Origin: Rebecca billardiae RCC1528
Taxonomy: Eukaryota; Protista; Haptophyta
DNA: 64,000 bases
Assembly (NCBI GenBank): GCA_965240325.2
Contig: OZ251229.1
Coordinates: 2,418,001-2,482,000 of the forward strand
Direction of reading: 5' to 3'
Below, piece by piece: positions 22,201-34,549 of the stretch (position 1 is the first letter of the stretch; the number at the start of each line of letters is the position of its first letter). The notes under the pieces are model-generated. The model did not search any database. It was given only the letters and a program-made list of their open reading frames with translations, and was not told the DNA's origin. The position numbers and the translations under genes are program-made.

Positions 22201-25200
22201 GGAACGGCCCGCTCGCGAGGCTCGTCTGGTAGTGGCGCGTGGCCTTCCCCAGACTCATCCGCCGCGCGGGCGCCCCGGAAAGGCCGTCCATGCCCTCGGT
22301 GAGCGTCTGCGTGGACGCGCCCGGGCCCTCGTAGCCCGGCGAGCCCACCGCGATCTGCACGAGCGCGTCGCCCGACGCCGTCCAGCGGTGGAAGGGCGTC
22401 GATTCGCCGGCGGGGAGGTGTTTGCCCGCGGCACCGTGCTTGGCGGCCGTCGTCTCCCAAAAGTACACGGCGCGGTCCTTGAGCGTGTTGGTGAAGACGA
22501 AGCGCGGCGAGAAGGAGACGACCTTGGAGAGCACGGCGTCGCCGGGCGCGGCCGTCACGATGACGCCGATGTCTCGGCCGCCGGTGCGCAAGGCGCCGGG
22601 CGTGTCGAGCACGTCGAGCGAGAAGGCGTGTGACCACTTGCTGTCGGCGCCGTCCTCGTCGCGGACGCGCACGCTTAGCCGGTTCGAGAACAGGTCCGTG
22701 CTCCGATAGCTGAAGAGCTCGCACTCCGCGCCGGAGTCGACGAACTCCTCCAGCGTCATCGCCGACATCTCGGCCGACGCGCCGACGAAGCCCTCGGCGG
22801 TGAGCGGCACCTCCTCGACGTGCTCGGGCAGCGGCTCCGCGCGCGCGATTGAGTTCCGCCGCTTTGGCGCCGTGCCGTCTGCGCTCGCGACCGGCTCGAC
22901 GACGCCGAGCGTCTGGGACGGCCGGAGCGCCTGGGACGATCGGCGCATCTGCGAGGGCCGTCGCACGTACGCCGATGCGGACGTGCGCATCTCCGTCTCG
23001 GCGCCGACGAGCCGCGCCGGCGCGCGTCCCGCGCGCCTGAGCCGTCCGGACGTCGTGGGCCGGAACAAGGACGGGTCGTCCGAGTCGGCGTCGGTGATCT
23101 CGGCGTCGGACCCGTCCAGCGCGACGGTGATGCCGTCGATGTGCGTCGACTCGGACTTCCTGCCCACGCTGTCCGCGCCGAGCAGATCGCCCGCAAAGCC
23201 ACCCGGCTCCGAGCTGGTGCCGCTCGTGCGCAGCAGCCGCCTGCCCGTGCCGGGCGGCGAGGGCGACGCGCTCCGCGCGCCCGGCGAGCGGCTCTCCGGC
23301 GAGACGCCCCAGCGCGCGAGGCGGCTCTCGCGCTCGCTGGAACTGGGAACGGGCGAGAGGTCGCGCGCCGCGCCCCTGTGGCCAATCCGGCTGTCGACCG
23401 AGGCGGCCGGCTGGGCGTGCTCGGCCGCCGCCGCCGCCGCCGCCGGCTTGTTGCGCGCGCGGCCCGAGCTCTCGCCCGCGGCGCTCACGGAGAGCTCGGT
23501 GCCGCTCTCGTCGTAGCGAGGCGCGGCGCTCGCACGCGCGGCGCCGGCGGCGGCGGCGGCGTCGGCGGCGGCGTCCTTGTTGCGGCCGAGGTCCTGCGTG
23601 CGCAGCGCGAGGCCGAGCTTCACCTCGCGGAAGAGCAGCGGCATCTGCGTCTCGTTGAGCAGCCAGTAGGGCGCGAGCACCTGCACGCTGTGCGCGCCCG
23701 GCGCGCTCGGCTCGTAGTTGAGCAGGAGGGCGAGCGTGCGCCGATCGGCGCCCTGGCCGACGAGCTCGACCGTGTCCTGCAGCCGGGGCGCGCGCGCGCC
23801 GCCGGGCGCGTGCCGCGACTTGACGAGCACGGGCGTCGACCAGAAGAAGCCGCGCACGCGCACGCTCAGCCGGTGCGCGCGGTGCGTCGAGAGCGCGTGC
23901 ATCGGCAGCGCTTCGCCCGGCTCGAGCGTCGTCTGCGAGCTCTCGATCACGCTGAACGGGTCGTCGCCAAAGCGCACGCGCGAGCGCGCGCGCGTGGGCG
24001 ACGGCGGCTCGGCGTGCGCCGCCGCCGAGCCCGCCGAGCCGCGCGGCCGCGCCGCGTCGGCGCCGCTCGGCCCGCGCTCCGAGCGCGAGGAGTGCGCGCC
24101 GGGCACGCTGCTGCGCGGCGACTCGAGCGTCGAGCCGCGCGGCGACACGAGCGTCGAGCTGGGGCTGAGCGCGCGGCCGTGCTCGGCGTGCTCCGCGCCG
24201 AGCCCCGCGCTGTACATCACGAGCTCGAGCGGCACGGGCAGCAGGTTCTCGACGGTGAGCGGCGCGGTGAGCACGAGCGCGATCGCCGCGGACGGCGGCG
24301 CGCCGCGCGTCGCGCCCTGCCGGCTGCCGAGCGACGCGACCGGCGCGGGCCGCGCGGTCTGGCGCAGCACGGCCGCGACCATGTGGTGCTCCGCGCCGCC
24401 GCGCGCCGGGCGCGGCGCGCCGCCGCCGCCGCCGCCACCGCGATGCGCGCCGCTGCCGCTGCCAGCCTCGACGCTCGTCGGCGTCGGCGCCCAGCGCCAG
24501 TGCACCTGGCGCGCGCCCGTGCAGCGCATCGGCCCCCAGCCGCAGCGCGCGCCGACGTGCTTGGGCAGCCCCGGCAGGCTCTCGTCGTCCGAGTTGTCCG
24601 AGGACGACTCGTCCGCGCCCGGCGCACCGCCCGCGCCGCCCGGCGCGCCGCCCTCCGCGTCCGCGCCCTCGTACAGCCGCGCGCGCCAGATCGCCTCGAG
24701 CCCCTCGAGCGCGCGCTCCCTGTGCAGGAAGAGCGCGAAGACGTGCGCGTGCCCGCTCGTGTGCACCTCGATGCCGTTGGGCGCGGTCGGCCGGCCGTGC
24801 GCCGCCTCGATGTGGTCGATGTCGGTGAGCCGCACCGTCAGCCGGATCGACTTGCCAAACGAGGTGCCGGCGAACGCGACGTAGTTGTTCGTCACGAAGA
24901 GCGTGCCGCGGCACAGCGAGCGGCGCCACACGTAGCTGCACGCGTAGCTGTGCAGCAGGCACTCGTCCTCGCCCAGCTCGAAGAGCGAGCGCACCTCGCC
25001 GTTCATCCGCGAGTCGCGCACGACCGCGGGCGCGTGCACGGCGAGCTGCTCCTCGAGCAGCCGGTGCAGCGCGTCCAGCCGCATCGAGTAGAAGCTGATG
25101 CGCACCTCGGTGCCGCCGGTCGGCGGGCGCACGGTCACCGTCAGGCCCGCGCCGAGCCGCTTGGCGCCCGAGCCGACCGACGCCCTGTCGATGCCCACCA

Positions 25201-26956
25201 CCCACCTGAACGAGTACTGGTGCTTCACCTCGGCCAGCCCGCCCAGCCGGCGCGCGTGGCACATGAAGTAGGTGGGCGTCACGTACAGCCGGCCGCGCAC
25301 GGGCGCGTACGACTCGCGCGGCCCGTCGTCCTGCCGCACGAGGAAGTGGCAGCGCAGCTGGCCGATCAGGTACTCCGACTCGTGCAGGTTGAAGAGTCGC
25401 GTCGCGCGCGCGTTGTACTTGCCCTGCGGCGAGACGGTCGCGCTCGAGTCCGCGTTGATGAAGATCTGGCCCGGCCAGATCGCGCGCGCGAGCGGCTGCC
25501 AGTCCATCGACCCGCGCGACGCGTCGCCCGCCGCCGCCGCCGCCGCCGCCGACGGCTCGGCCGCGCCGAGCTCCGCGCCGCCGCCCGGCGGCAGCGGCTT
25601 GAACTCGATCCCGCCCTCGAGGTACTGCGGCGGGATCATGAGCGACGCGCCCGGCTGCAGCTCGCCCAGCCGCACCACGTCCCGGTACGCGGGCAGCTTG
25701 CGGAAGCTCGCCGTGCGCGCGTGCCGGAACGCCTGGCGCGCGAGCTCGGCGCGCGTCGCGCGTCGCGCGGCCGGCTCGGCCTCGTCCGCCGCGCCGGTGG
25801 GCGCGTGCGCCGCGCCGCCGCCCTCGGCCCCCGGCGTCGAGCCGCGCGGCGTGCCCGGCGCGCTGCCCGGCGGCAGCTGCGCGTGCGCCGAGCGGAAGAG
25901 GTCGGACGCGCGCTCGTCCGCGGCCGGCAGCGCGATCGAGACGCTCACGGGCGCGGACGTGGCGTTGAGCACCATCATCGGCGAGGAGACGGTGAGCACC
26001 ATCGTCGCCGCGCCCTTGCCCTGCTCGAGGGTCGCGTGGAACTGCAGCACCCACCACGGCACCGGCTCCTTGCTCGAGTCGAGCTGCGCGAGCTGCACGG
26101 TCGTGGCGGTGGTCGAGGAGATGTGCAGGTACGGCACGGCCGCCCAGCCGCCGTGCAGCTGCAGGCCGATCGCGTGCACAGGCGGCTTCCACGCGAGGAA
26201 GCCCGCCGCCTCGGCGCCGGGCTGCGCGCCCAGCGCGCGCGCGCGCGGCTCGGCGTGCGCGCCCGCCGCCGCCGACTCGCGCCCGCTCGCGCCGCCCAGC
26301 TCGCCCGCCCAGAAGTCGAAGGGCAGCTCCTCGCCCGGGCCGACCGTGTGCTCGAGCGCGCGCCCGACGCTCGAGCTCGAGCGCGGCGCGCCCGGTCGCC
26401 GCGCGCCGCCGGGCGGCGGCGGCGCGTCCGCCGCCGCGCCACTCTCGGTCGGCCCCGCGGGCGCGTCCGCGCGCCAGAACGTGAGCGGCGCGCCCGTCTC
26501 GTTCCGCATCAGGTACGGCTGCTTCTTGCGCGCCTGCGCGAGCGTGTCGTGCGACGCCTGCAGCGCGTCTGAGAGCGCGGCCGCGGCGGCCGCGCCCGTC
26601 TGCGCCATCTGGTCGCTCAGCGTGAGCTCGAGCAGCCGGCCCTCGCCCTCGCTGCTCACCGTCGCGACCACCTCGCCGGCGGGCAGCCGCAGCAGCTCGG
26701 CGCCCAGCGTGATCGGCTCGAGCAGCGGCTCCCACTTGCCGATCGTCTGGTTGTACAGCCGCGCGCGCAGCGGCAGCGAGACCGTCAGCTCGGCGCGCCC
26801 GTCCGAGCCGCGCGGCGCGTCGAGCCCGGCGCGCAGGTCGGACGAGGAGAGCAGCGCGATCGGGATGGGCCGGTTCGCCGTGGAGATGAGCACCACCTGC
26901 ACCTCCTGCACCGCCACCGACGCGCGCACCGACGGGCCGGGCACGAGCGCGCCCGA

Positions 26957-27005
<49 letters not shown>

Positions 27006-30000
27006 AGGGCGGCGGGCTCGGCGAGCGGCGGCTCGGCCTCGGGAGCGTCGGCGGCGAGCGCGCGCGCCTCGGCCAGCGCCAGCTCGAGCGCGCTCGCCGC
27101 CGCCTGCACGGGCGCGAGCGCCTCGGCGAGCGCCTCCGCCGCGTGCCTCAGCAGCGAGATCATGAACGTGTCGAGCACGACGCACAGCACGCCGCGCGTG
27201 CGCACGCCGCACTCGAGCGCGCGCGGCGGCGGCGGCGCGCGCGGCTCGGTGTGCGGCTCGCCCTGCTCCGAGCCGTGCGTCGTCGCGCGCTCGGAGGCGA
27301 GGCGGTGCGAGCTGTCGGAGTGCAGCCCGGCGCTGCTCGCGCGCTGCGCGCCGGGTGACGCGGGCGTCGACGCGCCGAACGCCACGCTGCCGCCCCCCGC
27401 GCGCGCAGGCCCGTCCCTGAGCGAGAGCAGCGCCTCGAATCGCGTCACCAGGTGGAGCACGCGCCCGCCGCCCGACGCGTGTCGCGCGTGCGACGAGGGC
27501 GGCGACGAGGCGGACGAGGCGTCGGCGGCGAGCGGCGGCGGGTGCGCGTCGGCGGCGTCGGCAGCGGCGTCGGCGGCGGCGTCGGCGGCGTCGGCGGCGT
27601 CGGCCGCGGCGGCCTTCCCGCCCGCCGCCGGCCTGGACGGGTCGCCGAGCGCGTGCACGCGCGTGCTGACGTGCGTGAGCTCGAGCGTGCTGCGCTCCTC
27701 GCGCGCCGGGCCGTCGGCGCCGTGGCCGGGCACGGTCTCCCACTTGGTGAGGGAGAGGCTGAGCGCGGTGGACAGCCCGTCCACGCCCGCGCGCGGGCAC
27801 GACGCCTGCACGCTCGGCACGTGCACCGTGAGGCCGCTCAGCACGATCGCGCTGCCCACCTCCGAGCCCGGCGGCAGCAGCCGGCTGTCGACCGCCGCCG
27901 GCTCGGCGCCGCCGCGCAGCAGCGCGGGCGGCGTGGCGTCGAGCAGCGCGCCGACCCAGCCGACGAGCTCGCCGAGCTGCGGGAAGAGCACGATGAGCTG
28001 CGCGCCGTCGAGCTGCAGCGCGCTGTGCTGCGCGTCCTTCTCGAAGCGCAGCAGCGGCAGCGGCGCCGACGGCTCGTCGGGCGCGCGCCCGCGCTGCTCG
28101 GCCTCGCCCTCGTCCCCGCCGCGCTCGTCCGCCCACGCGCCGTCGGCCGCGCGCTCGCCGAGGTCGGAGGCGGAGCGGATGTCGCCCGAGTGCCAGCGCC
28201 GCTGGATCCCCGCCTCGTCCAGCGCCGACGAGCGCGCGCGGCTGTGGTCCAGCACGCACAGCGAGCCGCGCTTCATGCTGAACGCGCGCGCCGCGCGCGC
28301 GCGCGCGCCGTGCACCTTGCGCTGCTCGTCCGCGGGCGTGCGGCAGAGGATCGGCAGCCCCGCGCACGCGCGCAGGCTGCCGCCGGCGCGCCCGTCGGCG
28401 GCGGGCGCGGCGGGCGCGGCGGCGGCGCCGCCGCCGCCGCCGCGCGCGCGCGCGCCCGGCGGCTGGCGCAGGAAGAGCCGCGCGTCCTGCAGCGTGAGCT
28501 CGAGCGAGTTGTCGCCCCACGGCTCGCGCGGCAGGCAGACGCGCACCCACAGGCCCGCGCCCTGCAGCTCGGCGACGGTCGCGCCGTGCGCGCCGGCCGC
28601 GCCCGGCGGCTCGGGCGGCTCGGTGAGCCGGATGCACGCGCTGTCGATGCGCAGCGTGAGCTGCGTCTCCGCGTGGTACGGCGGCAGCGGCATCGACGCG
28701 TACCAGTCGACCATGTACTGCACGCCCTCGACCCAGAAGTTGCGCAGCAGCACGAGGGCGAGCTGCGGGCACAGCTGCGGGCACACGCGCAGCAGCACGG
28801 GCTCGGTGGCGTGGATCGAGATGTTGCCCTCGGCCATGCCGAGCGACGGCCCCTCGTTGTACGCGTCCGGCCCGTCGATCACCAGCTCGAGCACGCGCAG
28901 CCGCATCGCCTCCACGCCGAGCACCGAGAGCGCCGCGCCGGCGCCGAGCACGCGCACGCGGCCCGCGCCCGCCGGCAGCTCGGCGGGGCGGCGCGTCTCG
29001 TTGGTGACGACGAGGCTGTCGCCGCGCACGACGAGCCCGCCGGGCGGCTCGCCGCGCTCGGCCGCGCCGATCGCGCCGCACGCGCGCGGCTCGCCCGGCG
29101 TGAGCACCGCGCGCCACGCGTCGAACGCCACCTCGAACTTCATCGCGGACGCGCCGCCGCCAAAGTAGGGCGCCTGCGCGGTCGAGAGCGGCTCGATCAT
29201 CCCGCTCAGGATGAACTCCCACAGCAGGATGACGGAGGGCTGGTAGTAGTGCAGCAGCATCGGCGCGGGGCCGAAGTCGAGCCCGAAGTAGAACTCGAGC
29301 TCGCGCGTCTGCGCGTCCGCGTACGACTGCGCCGTCTCCGCGTCGCTCGGCGCGTACGTCTCGAAGCGCGCGCTCACCGTGCACGGCGCGCCGCCCTCGG
29401 GCGCGAGCGCGCGCCACCAGCGCTCGTCGGGCAGCACGGCGGTGGGCGAGGGCGCGGAGACGGGCGTGGGCGCGAGGTGGGGCGGTGGCGGCGCGCTGAT
29501 GCAGAGGAACGGCAGCAGTACCTTCACCGCCACCGACTTGTCCGACATGTCCGCGAAGCTCACCTCGAGCGCGCGCACCGAGCCGCCGCCCGGCTCGCAC
29601 AGCAGCGCGCCGAGCGCGCGGTCGCGCACGTCGTCGTGCAGCGAGAGGAAGAGCGCCTCGGCGGAGACGCGGAGCATGTGCTCGCAGCGCGGCGGCGTGG
29701 GCCGCGGGCGCGGGAACGACTCGAGCCCGCCGCTCACGCCGTGCACCGCGCCGAGCGTCGAGAAGAGCGCCTGCCACAGCCGGTGGCAGCCGTCGAGGTT
29801 CCACGCGAGCAACAGCCGGCCCGTGCGCACGTGCGTGCTCACCGCCGCCGCCGGCGGCGCGGCGCCGTCGGGCGGCGCGCGCGCGCCCTCGTCCCAGTAC
29901 GCGGTGCGCGCCGTCTGCTGCACGCGCAGCGCCGGCTGCTCCGCCTCCGCGCCCGCGCCGCCGTCCGTCGCGCCCACGTCGCGCAGCGCGACGCTCTGCC

Positions 30001-31220
30001 GAGCCGCGGTGCCGCGCGCGCGCAGCCCCTTGCGCGGCGGCGCGCCCGCCGGCTCGGGCTCGGCCGCCGCCGCGGCGAGCGACGGGCGCGAGGCTGGCGT
30101 GTCGAGCGGCCGGACGGCGAGGAGGTGCGAGGCGGCCGAGCCGTCGGGCTGCGTCAGGTCGCTCAGCTCGAGCGTGCCCACGACCACGTCCGACGTCGGC
30201 GAGGCGAAGCTGGGCGTGTGCAGCAGCGCGCCGCACTCGCGCGCGAGCACGCGCAGCAGCGGCGCGCCCGGCTCGAGCGCGCGCGGGTGGCCGCGGCCGG
30301 GCCGCGGGCCGACGTCGAGGTCGGCGCCGGCGTGATTGGCGTGCACGTGCAGCTCAAAGCTGCCCACCACCACCTCCACCAGCTGCTCGGGCTGCGCGAT
30401 CGGCGGCGGCTCCGCCGCGCGCGCGCGCGGCGGCGCGGGCGGCGCGAGCGCGCGCGCGAGCCTCGCGAGCGCGACCACGTCCGCGCCGCTCAGCCGCGCG
30501 GACACGCTGCCCAGCTTGGTGCTCGCCCAGCGCGGCGCGGCGTCGAGCAGCGTGCACGGCGTGGCCTGCGCCCAGCCCACCAGCGCGGACGTCGTGCGCA
30601 CCGAGCGCACGCTCAGCACCGTCCGCCGGCCGAGCGCGCCGCGCTCCGCCTCGGCCGCCGCCGCGCCGGGCAGCCGCATCGGCGGCGGCGCCTCCGCCGC
30701 CTCCGCCGCCTCCGCCGCCTCCGCCGCCGCCGCCGCCTCCTCCTCGACGACGACGAGGTCGAGCACCGAGTCCTGCGCGACGAGCATGGGCGACTCGGCG
30801 AACATCGAGTCCGAGCTGTTCGACACGGTCGACGCCGAGCGCGCCGTCGAGCCCGCGCCCAGCTGCGCGCTGCTCAGCGAGCCGGCGGGCGCGTCCGCGG
30901 GCCCCGCGTGCAGGTGCACGACCGGCGCGCCGCCGCGCAGGCACTCGTCCGGCGCGCAGTGCGTGAGCGCGGCGCTCACCCCCGCCACCTCGAGCTGCGC
31001 GCGCGTGCCCTCGAGCGCGGCGCGCTGGTACGGCGGGCGCAGCTTCGCCGTCACCTCCAGCCCCCTCCGGAAGTCGAGCGCGTCGAAGCCGACGTGCAGC
31101 GTCGCCGCGCCGCCCGTGCCGCGGCCGTGCTCGGGCGGCAGCGGCGCGTCCTGCAACTCGGTGAGCGCCAGCCGCACGCACCCCAGCCGCACGTCGAGCT
31201 GCACGCCGTCGCGCGCGGGT

Positions 31221-31251
<31 letters not shown>

Positions 31252-34222
31252 GCGCCCACGCCGCCGCGTCGGGCGGCGGCGGGCGCGCCGCGCCCGCCGT
31301 CGGCGGCACGAGCGACGCGCCGAAGCGCAGCGGCACGTCGGCGAGCGCGAGCAGCGCGCGCACGCCCTCGCAGTCGGCCGCGAGCTCGAGCGGCTGCACG
31401 CAGCGCACGCGCACCGAGTGCTTGTTCGCGGACGAGCTGGGCGGCGGGGCGGCGCCGCCGCTCGGGCCCGCCGAGTCGGCCGCGGCCTCGCCGAGCCGCG
31501 TGTGCGTGTGCACCGTGAGGAACGGCCCGCCGAAGCTGTCGCCGCCGCCGGGGTCGCGCACGATGCGCACGAGCTCGCGGCCGCGCGCGCGGCCGACGCG
31601 CATGCGGCGCAGCGCGTTCAGCACGCGCACCGAGCGCCGGTGCGGCTTGAGCACGGAGGCGGCGCCGCCCAGCCGGCCGAGCATGCCGCGCGGCGCGCCG
31701 AGTCTCGGCCCGTCCGCCGGCTCCGCCTCGTCGAGCACGTTGAACTCGTCGAGCTCGACGGTCTCCTCCTCCTCCTCCTCCTCCTCCTCGCCCTCCTCCT
31801 CGCCGCCGCCGCCGCCGCCAACGCCGCTCGGCGGCGCGCGCGCCGCGTCCGCGACCGGCGCCGGTGCCGCCGCCGCCGCCGCCGCGGCCGCGGCGGCGGC
31901 GGCAGCCCCGGTCGCATCCGCCCCCGCCGCCGCCGCCACCTCCGCCGCCTCGAGGTGCGCCGCGGGCGTGGCGGAGTCGCGCTCCTTCTCGCGCACGCGG
32001 TCGAGCAGCGAGAGGGCGTGCACCTCCACGCGGATCGACGCGTCGAGCGAGGGCAGCGCCTTGCGCAGCAGGGCGAGCTCGATGCCCACGAGGCTGAGCT
32101 CGAAGTTGTTCGGGCCCGCGCCGGGCGGGGGCGCCGCGCGGCCCTCGCCCGCGCCCGCCTCCGCCGCCCTCGGCGCGGCGGGCGGCGGCGTGCGCGGCGC
32201 CGTGCGCAGCAGCAGCACAAACGCGCCGAGGCTGGCGCTGCACTTGACGCCGCCCGCGCTCAGGTCGGTCTCCGGCAGCTCGGGGATGAGCCCGTGGCGC
32301 TCGCTCCAGTCCTCGTCCGCCCCGCCGTCGCCCGCGTCGCGCCACGTCACGTGCTCGTGCGACTCGGTGCGCGCCCGGCCGAGCGAGGGCGAGAGCGAGG
32401 GCGAGAGCGAGGGCGAGCCGAGCAGCCCGGCGATCGACGCGCGGCCGGGCGACGCCGGCCCGCCGAGGCTCGAGAGATCGTCGCCCGCGCCGGAGGGCGC
32501 CTCGAGCGCGGGCGGGGAGGCGGAGCCGCTGTCGGGCAGGTGAGCGGAGCCGCGCCAGCTGAACCAGTCGCCCCGCCAGAACGACGTGCCCTTCTTGCTC
32601 GGCCCTCCTCTCTCGGCGCCGAGCTTGGCCGCGCGGCTCGCCTTGCCGGCCGAGCTGCGGCCGTTGGGCGTGGCGGCCGCGCGCGGGCCGTGCGGCATCA
32701 GCACGACCGAGCGGACGAGCGCGGCTCGTTGCGGCGGCGGGAGGAGCGCGACGAGCTCCCGGAGATCGTCGGACTCCTCCACCTCCGCCGCCGTGAGCGG
32801 CGGCGGCGCCGGCGGCGGCGCGCCCGGAAGCGCCGGCGGCATGCGCTGGCGCATCAGCGCGCGCGCCGCCGCGCAGTACTGCTGCCGCGCGCGCCGCCGG
32901 AGCGCTCGCCGCGCGGCGAGCATCTCGCGCACCTCGGCGACGGCGACGTCGCGCGCGTACTTCCACCAGCGGCGAGGCGCCAGCAGCGCCCGCGCGCCGC
33001 GCGGGCGCAGCGCCTGCCGCGCGGCGACGCGCCTGTGCACGCGCATCAGCTCGGCGAGCGCGGCCGCGTCGTCGAGCTGCGCCTTGCCGACGCACACGCC
33101 CAGCCGGTCGAGCCGCAGCCGCAGCTCGAGCTTGCCGCCGGAGCTGAGCGGGATACTGAGCTCGCACGCGACGGAGAAGGTGCGCACGATCAGGTCGGTC
33201 AGCAGCGGCGAGGCGGCGCGCCACCGCGCCACCAGCTGCTCGAGCAGCTGCAGCCGCTGCGCCTGCGTCGCGTCCGCGCCGCCGAGCATGCGCAGCAGCT
33301 CGGCCGACGCGAGCCGGCGCACGTGCGCGCCGTCGAGCAGCTGCTGCTGCGCCTGCTGCTGCGCCGCCGCGGCGGCCGCCGCCGCCTTGGTCGAGCCGCG
33401 CCCGCGCGCGATCCGCACGCCGCCCGCCTTCGGCTCGGGCTTGGGCTCGGGCGCCGCCGCGGGCGCGGGCGCGCGCTCAGGCTCGGGCTCGCCCGAGTCG
33501 AGCGGCGCGAGCCGCGCCGTCAGCTGCTCCGCGCGCAGGTGGCTCGCGCACGCGTCGAGGAGCACCACCTTGTTCAGCCGCGCGCGCGGCGCCTTTGTGC
33601 GCTCGGATGCGGCGCGCGTCTTGGCCGCCTCGGTGCGCTCGGCGTCCACGCCGGAGCTCAGCTCGCCGATGGTGATGCTGAAGCCGTGCGGCACGCCGCC
33701 CAGGCCGGCCAGGCTGCCGACCGAGCTCTCAAAGCGCACGCTCACGTTGGTCACGCGGATCTGCGCGGACGCGCCGATCCACTGCAGCACGCGTGACGGC
33801 GGCCCGGACCCGCCGCCGCCGCCCTGCGCGCTCGGTCGCCCCGTCGAGCCCTCGGCGCCGTCCGCGCTCGGAGCGGAGGCGTCGTCGAGCTCCGAGTCAA
33901 GCGCCGCGCTCGATTCGCGCTGGGCGATGCGCCTGTGCTCGAGATACTCGGCACCCGGGCAGAGCAGGACGGAGAGGCCGTCGATGGATAGCCTGATCGG
34001 CTCCTTGGACAGGCCCGACCACGGGATATCCAGCACCACCTTCCGGATGAGCCCGGCTCGTATCGCCAGCGCGCCGTCGAGCACGGGCCCGGGGCGCAGC
34101 TCGAGGTTCTCGAGCTCAAGGTGGCCCTTGCGGAAGTTGACGCGGAGCTGCTCGCGCGGCAGGTTCTTGATGTACGCCCGCGTCGTCTCCTCGAGCTTGC
34201 CGGCGATCCATCGCTCGAACAT
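19267..34222 (-). CDS. VPS13: VPS13 family bridge-like lipid transfer protein
   Basis: Chorein_N start MFERWIAGKLEETTRAYIKNLPREQLRVNFRKGHLELENLEL; RRWWKYA; YNQTIGKWEPLLEP; VAB repeats (PYLMRNETG, APYWLLNETQMPL, FSPRFVFTN, PFKICNRT, LPYVWDTP); LQLDNQL; ATG2_C-like GVTGLLVQPARG...GFGKGIVGAAVKP; RVRPPR. Predicted introns 20869-20983, 20502-20612 and 20121-20207. Confidence 0.93.
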
Positions 34223-34549
34223 GGCCCACCGTCGGCCAGCTCGACCCGAAGGCCGCCCACGAACAGCCGCTTCCTTTGCCTTGGCCGCCCCAGCAAGTGC
34301 TCCCGGTGGCGCGAGATTTCAATCCTGTGAGTGATTGCATCTTTCGCGGGTAACCTAGCCGCATATTTAGTTCAGTCATCGGGGATTCGGGGTGACAAAG
34401 ATGCTATGAAAGATGCTCCTCCATATACGGTTACATATTGCGGTTCGAGTGCGCGAACCAGACGACAGTAGCAGACGAAACTCAACCGGAGAGGGAGCGG
34501 CGCCATCGTCAAACATACAGCACAACTTCCGGCGGGCCAAGCGGCAAAG

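Noticed and set aside
21843-33796. Very long overlapping or antisense ORFs (2797, 2114, 1298 aa, and similar shadows over other genes)
   Set aside because: Arg/Ala/Gly-rich shadow frames caused by stop-codon scarcity at extreme GC. Recognisable motifs occur in only one frame.
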